Positions 1-3,843 of a DNA stretch of 6,722 nt are shown piece by piece. Position numbers and translations under genes: made by a program. The notes under the pieces were generated by a model. The model saw only the letters and a list, made by a program, of their open reading frames with translations. It was not told the DNA's origin and did not search any database. This DNA comes from Paramicrosporidium saccamoebae KSL3 (taxonomy: Eukaryota > Fungi > Cryptomycota), in NCBI GenBank assembly GCA_002794465.1, contig MTSL01000220.1, positions 30,071-36,792 of the forward strand, read 5' to 3'. The stretch's first letter is position 1; every line of letters starts with the position of its first letter.

Positions 1-154
1 AGGCTGCCTGGATTACCAATTGAAAGTTCCTGGTCCGTGGTTATATCATTTTACAAAAGTATAAACGCGTAGAAGAGCCAATATGTAGACACCGTGATAC
101 AGAGACACAATGAGGTGCCATGCCAAGGGCGCAATAACAATTCGATCATGCCAC

Positions 155-160
155 TTTATT
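155..160 (-). other. Putative polyadenylation signal AATAAA of the GT90 gene
   Basis: The minus strand reads TGA-T-AATAAA, so the hexamer starts 1 nt after the stop codon. Confidence 0.55.
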
Positions 161-161
161 A

Positions 162-1445
162 TCAGCCCATTTGAAAACTAGTCCAATCATCGCAAATCAA
201 ATCTCGCCGATTAGGACATTTGCACGCCTTTAGATATTTTTGGGTGCCTTGTCGTCGATTGGGAGTGTACTCTTGCAGCTCGGCATATCTCCGTAACAGA
301 TTTTCCAAATAGTAATCCCACCCTCGCTGGCTGTTGTAATGCAAGGCAAATTCCTGGGCATTATGAACGATTTCTCTGACCGTCTCTTCGTTCGCGTTGG
401 CCCATTCTATCCGATCCAGCAGATCAGAAAAGTCGTTATTGATGGGCACGTAATGCACCCACGGCTGCAATAGTTTCTGAAAGTGCTCTACACAGGGTGT
501 CTCCTGCATGAGAACGAGCATTCCGGATGCCAGCAGCACTTTGAGACGATCCGCCCAGCCACAAGCACCCTCGGCATACAAGACGTACCGAAATTGTTGT
601 GCCTGATGCAACATGGAGATGGGCGGCTTGAATTCATAGTCAAGGAGATCAATAATGCTCCTACCCGTGTGGAGACCCTTTCCGTACAATCCGACATCCA
701 GTAGATCAGGTCGAATCTGTCCCAAAATGTACAGCTTTGTTCTGCCGAGCTGTTTGTACGTCTCTTCGGTAACATTCACAAATTGCAGGCGGCCATTGAC
801 ATGTTGCAGCACACTCGGGCGGACATTACCTCTAAAGATGGCCTTTTTCTGCTTCTCTCCCCATACTGTTGCCTCGGCTGTTTCACAATAACTTACCATT
901 TTCGAGTCCCAATTTTCAAAGGATCCATCGCGCCAGGCAAACCATTGCGGTACCGGCAGGACATTCATCCCAATGCAGCGGGTGATGCTAAAGATGGGGC
1001 TGACTGGCAAAGCCCGCAATGGGCAATCATGCGTGTTCAGAATAAACTCTACATCAGGCAACGGCATGATTTTAAGCAGCCGGTCAAGGATATGATGGTA
1101 GCGCAGCTTGTCCCACGGGAGAGGTGTGGTATAATGTTGTCGGCCCACGTAGATGGTGTTGTTAAGCACTTGGATTAGAACTGAAGCGCCACGGGAAAGC
1201 CATGGGTCAGTGGCCTGTTTCAGTGTGGCATTGAAAGAGGCCGCTGTGATTCTGGTATGGTTTCCAAGGTAATCCTCAATCAATCTGTCGTATTCAGAAA
1301 AGGGCTTTGCTGGCTTGGTAACATGGTCTTGTCTTGACACCTGTAAATCGGCGTCGAAATCAGAAATTGTCTCGTAAAACCATGTTCTAGCACACAGCAC
1401 TGCGATAGCTACGAGAACACCGATGAGGCCGGCAGTGATAAACAT
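162..1445 (-). CDS. Glycosyltransferase family 90 protein (CAP10 / Rumi-POGLUT / KDELC-like), 427 aa, intronless, probable type II membrane protein
   Basis: Uninterrupted ORF. GT90 motifs recognised by eye: LPDVEFILNTHDCP (cf. Rumi LPDxExxxNxxDxP), WxxKxxKAIFRG, FRYVLYAEGACGWADRLKVLLASG, LQPWVHYVPI..DFSDLLDRIEWAN.N...VREIV.NAQEFA. N-terminal hydrophobic anchor FITAGLIGVLVAIAVLCA. Four N-glycosylation sequons (NHT, NAT, NNT, NVT). No KDEL/HDEL tail. Donor and acceptor specificity cannot be read from the sequence. Confidence 0.9.
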   Translation of the reverse strand: MFITAGLIGVLVAIAVLCARTWFYETISDFDADLQVSRQDHVTKPAKPFSEYDRLIEDYLGNHTRITAASFNATLKQATDPWLSRGASVLIQVLNNTIYVGRQHYTTPLPWDKLRYHHILDRLLKIMPLPDVEFILNTHDCPLRALPVSPIFSITRCIGMNVLPVPQWFAWRDGSFENWDSKMVSYCETAEATVWGEKQKKAIFRGNVRPSVLQHVNGRLQFVNVTEETYKQLGRTKLYILGQIRPDLLDVGLYGKGLHTGRSIIDLLDYEFKPPISMLHQAQQFRYVLYAEGACGWADRLKVLLASGMLVLMQETPCVEHFQKLLQPWVHYVPINNDFSDLLDRIEWANANEETVREIVHNAQEFALHYNSQRGWDYYLENLLRRYAELQEYTPNRRQGTQKYLKACKCPNRRDLICDDWTSFQMG

Positions 1446-1497
1446 GCGAAATCATGGGTCGCCGAGTTGATTTTGATTGGCCAGACGCATTCTGTGG
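1446..1497. promoter_or_regulatory. Minimal bidirectional promoter region between the divergent GT90 and TAF6 genes
   Basis: There are 52 bp between the two ATGs (1445 on minus, 1498 on plus). A CCAATC box lies on the minus strand at 1475..1480 near the centre, within TTGATT-TTGATT. Promoter function is inferred from the gene layout. Confidence 0.6.
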
Positions 1498-2836
1498 ATG
1501 AGCATCGTTCCCTCTGTGATTATCAAGGTAAGCCTCTCTCGGTGGTCATTCATGGACAGTCGTATGCCGAGTCATTGGGAATAACAAATTTGTCCGAAGA
1601 GTGTTTGGCTGCGCTGGCCCAGGACGTAGAGTATCGCAGTCGTGAGGTCATACAGGAGGCGGCGAAATTTATGGAGAATTCGAAACGTACTAAATTATCT
1701 GTGGACGATGTTAATTATGCCCTCCAAGCCAAAAATGTAGAGGTATAGCAAGGGAGACTGTCCCTGACTTTTTGTAGAGGCTGTATGGATACGACCCGTC
1801 AGAGTCCCTGACGTTCAGGATGGTACCTAACACGAACATTTTCTATGTGCCCCGCGAGGAAGTTGACCTGGAAACCTTTATCCAACAGCCGCTTCCCAAA
1901 GCACCGCAGCCACTTACATTGACTAGCCACTGGCTGGCCATTGAAGGCATCCAGCCAATGATCCCCGAAAACCCCAACTTGCAAGAACCTGCTCTCGTTG
2001 AGAAAGAAACTGGCGGGCCAACGGGACGGAAGGAGCTCTTGGAGGATGCAGAAGTGCGGCCGCTGGTGAAACATGTAATCTCCAAAGAACTGCAGGCGTA
2101 CTATGACACGGTTATATCAGATTTAATGACACCGGATACGGACAGGATCAAGGCAGCACTGTATTCCGTAGCAACAGATTCTGGTTTGCAGCAATTGCTG
2201 CCCTATTTCATCCAATTTGTCGCCGAAATGATTCCAAAAAATTTGCGCAGTCTGCCCCAACTGCAAATTTACATTGGTCTTGTCAGTTCACTCCTTGCCA
2301 ACGAGCACGTTTTTGTGGAACCATATGTAATATATTGCACATGATGCTTATGGTTGTAGTTGCATCAGATTATGCCTCCAGTTCTGAGTTGTCTCCTTGG
2401 GAAGCGTCTTTGCGAAGATCCTGAAAAGGACGATCATTGGTCTCTACGTGATCGCTGTGCTGTTATTACTGCTGATCTGTGTCGCAAATTTGGAAACACG
2501 TACACCACCCTCATTCCACGTGTTACCAAAACAATGGTCAAGACTCTGCTCGATGCAGAGAAACCACTGCCTAGTCACTACGGGGCTATTGTCGGGATTA
2601 CAGCCATAGGCCCACATGCCATTGCAACACTCCTCCTACCCCATCTGGAGGCATATATGACAGCTCTTACCGGCGAACAGATGACTGATACGGACACAAC
2701 ACCGGCGGAGGTGAGCAAATGCAAAATGGCGCTGAAGAATGCGGCAACGAGGTGGTTGGCCGAAGCGTATTCTCCCGAAATTGCAGAACATCAAGCGATG
2801 CATCAGCTCCTCACAACTCTTTTTAATCTTCAATAA
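1498..2836 (+). CDS. TAF6: Transcription initiation factor TFIID subunit 6, join(1498..1527,1560..1742,1778..2326,2360..2836), 412 aa
   Basis: The spliced product starts MSIVPSVIIK|SYAESLGITNLSEECLAALAQDVEYRSREVIQEAAKFMENSKRTKLSVDDVNYALQAKNVE|RLYGYD (H4-like histone fold). It continues with TAF6 hallmarks HWLAIEGIQPMIPENP, VKHVISKELQAYY, DSGLQQLLPYF, EPY|LHQIMP, DDHWSLRD and SHYGAIVGI. All three GT-AG junctions are phase 0 and restore conserved motifs. Confidence 0.95.
1528..1559 (+). other. TAF6 intron 1 (32 nt, phase 0)
   Basis: AAG|GTAAGC...GGACAG|TCG. Removing it puts ATG 1498 in frame with the histone fold. There is no canonical CTRAY branch point. Confidence 0.85.
1743..1777 (+). other. 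TAF6 intron 2 (35 nt, phase 0)
   Basis: GAG|GTATAG...CCTGAC-TTTTTGTAG|AGG. CTGAC branch point and short U-tract; restores NVE|xLYGY. Confidence 0.9.
2327..2359 (+). other. TAF6 intron 3 (33 nt, phase 0)
   Basis: TAT|GTAATA...GGTTGTAG|TTG. It contains an in-frame TGA (2342..2344), and removing it restores EPY|LHQ. Confidence 0.9.
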
Positions 2837-2837
2837 A
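2832..2837 (+). other. Putative polyadenylation signal AATAAA overlapping the TAF6 stop codon
   Basis: CAA TAA A: the TAA stop (2834..2836) sits inside the hexamer. Confidence 0.55.
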
Positions 2838-2855
2838 CTCGTACGATTCTTTGAC

Positions 2856-2876
2856 CTTGGCAAAACACTAGCCAAG
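2856..2876. repeat. Short perfect inverted repeat CTTGGC-N9-GCCAAG in the TAF6/ORF3 spacer
   Basis: 2856..2861 is the reverse complement of 2871..2876. Function unknown. Confidence 0.6.
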
Positions 2877-2906
2877 ACTGCCGCATAGGAGGAATTAATT
2901 TTTATC

Positions 2907-3818
2907 ATGCAGTTTATTGGAGGCGCAGGTTATGGCGACTTGGTGGGGAGGGTCCTTGATGTCGGTGGGACGCTGCGAGCCGTATTTTCAAAAGTGTATT
3001 TGTCTGAATGCCAAGTGCAGCAAGTACTGGTAAAGAGTGCAACTCTCGCAACTGCTCTTGGTGCGAAACAATGCGACATGGTGGGAATCTTTGATTATGG
3101 CGCCTCTAAACCGTTTAGCTGTCAACTTCCGACCGTTGCACTAGGAAGGTGGCACCGCCCCAAACGAGAAGAAGCGCCATCAATTCTACCAGCAACGGGC
3201 ATCAGTCTCGGGTTTGTTTCTAGCACCGAACAATTACCACAAATGTGCAATTTGATAAACGAAAGCACAAAAATGGGGAGTTTACTGTTCAAAAGCATCC
3301 CTGTATCTATGAATCAGTCAGCGTCTGGATTCTCCTTTAAATATGGAACGGTGAATGCCACTGCAATCCAACTCTTGCCAGTGACAGACTATATTAGGGT
3401 GAAAGACTGCATGGACAATGTAGTCTCTTCTCTCAGTTGCGAAATGTCCGCACTTCAACACCTAGCCAACGTGGGCGAGGACATTTACATTGTTACCCGG
3501 AAAGGGCAGACTGCCAAACTATTGGCCGGTAACCCGCTGCAAGGCATGTTTGCTCTCAGTCCGCTAAATTTTAAACTTGGTTCTGATGACCTTGAGATCC
3601 GATTTGCTGTTAGGAAACCATCAAAGTTATTGCTACCGGAGTCGGGCTTGACAGCATCCCTGGATCCAATTCTCGGTGACCCATTACCAAATGCTCAAAT
3701 TTCAGAATCAGCACATGTGCAGATGGAGACTGATGATTTTATGGCAATGACTGATGACAAGAAACTGTTTCCTGGTGATCTCTGTGCCTCTATATGTTTG
3801 TCAGTAAAGAGTAAATAG
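2907..3818 (+). CDS. Hypothetical protein, 303 aa (3' end uncertain; possibly spliced to the downstream Tao3 gene)
   Basis: A 303-codon open frame filling the gap between two real genes, preceded by an AT-rich stretch (AATTAATTTTTATC ATG). Composition looks globular, with a linker-like acidic/Pro tail. No family motif recognised. Confidence 0.7.
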   Translation: MQFIGGAGYGDLVGRVLDVGGTLRAVFSKVYLSECQVQQVLVKSATLATALGAKQCDMVGIFDYGASKPFSCQLPTVALGRWHRPKREEAPSILPATGISLGFVSSTEQLPQMCNLINESTKMGSLLFKSIPVSMNQSASGFSFKYGTVNATAIQLLPVTDYIRVKDCMDNVVSSLSCEMSALQHLANVGEDIYIVTRKGQTAKLLAGNPLQGMFALSPLNFKLGSDDLEIRFAVRKPSKLLLPESGLTASLDPILGDPLPNAQISESAHVQMETDDFMAMTDDKKLFPGDLCASICLSVKSK

Positions 3819-3843
3819 AATTATTCTGCATAACCTTATTGTT

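Noticed and set aside
483-1178. ORFs 483..704(+), 488..775(-), 655..891(+) and 783..1178(+)
   Set aside because: They are antisense or alternative-frame shadows of the well-supported GT90 CDS, with no recognisable motifs.
1467-1748. 93-aa ORF treated as a stand-alone histone-like gene
   Set aside because: It starts at TTG and reads through intron 1 and into intron 2. It is TAF6 exon 2 plus intronic sequence.
2887-2892. Shine-Dalgarno-like AGGAGG upstream of ORF3
   Set aside because: The context is eukaryotic (spliceosomal introns, TAF6) and the spacing to the ATG is 14 nt, which is too long. Most likely chance.
1799-2908. ORFs 1799..2074(-), 1843..2085(-), 2397..2609(+) and 2636..2908(-)
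   Set aside because: They are shadows of TAF6 exons 3 and 4, with no independent evidence.
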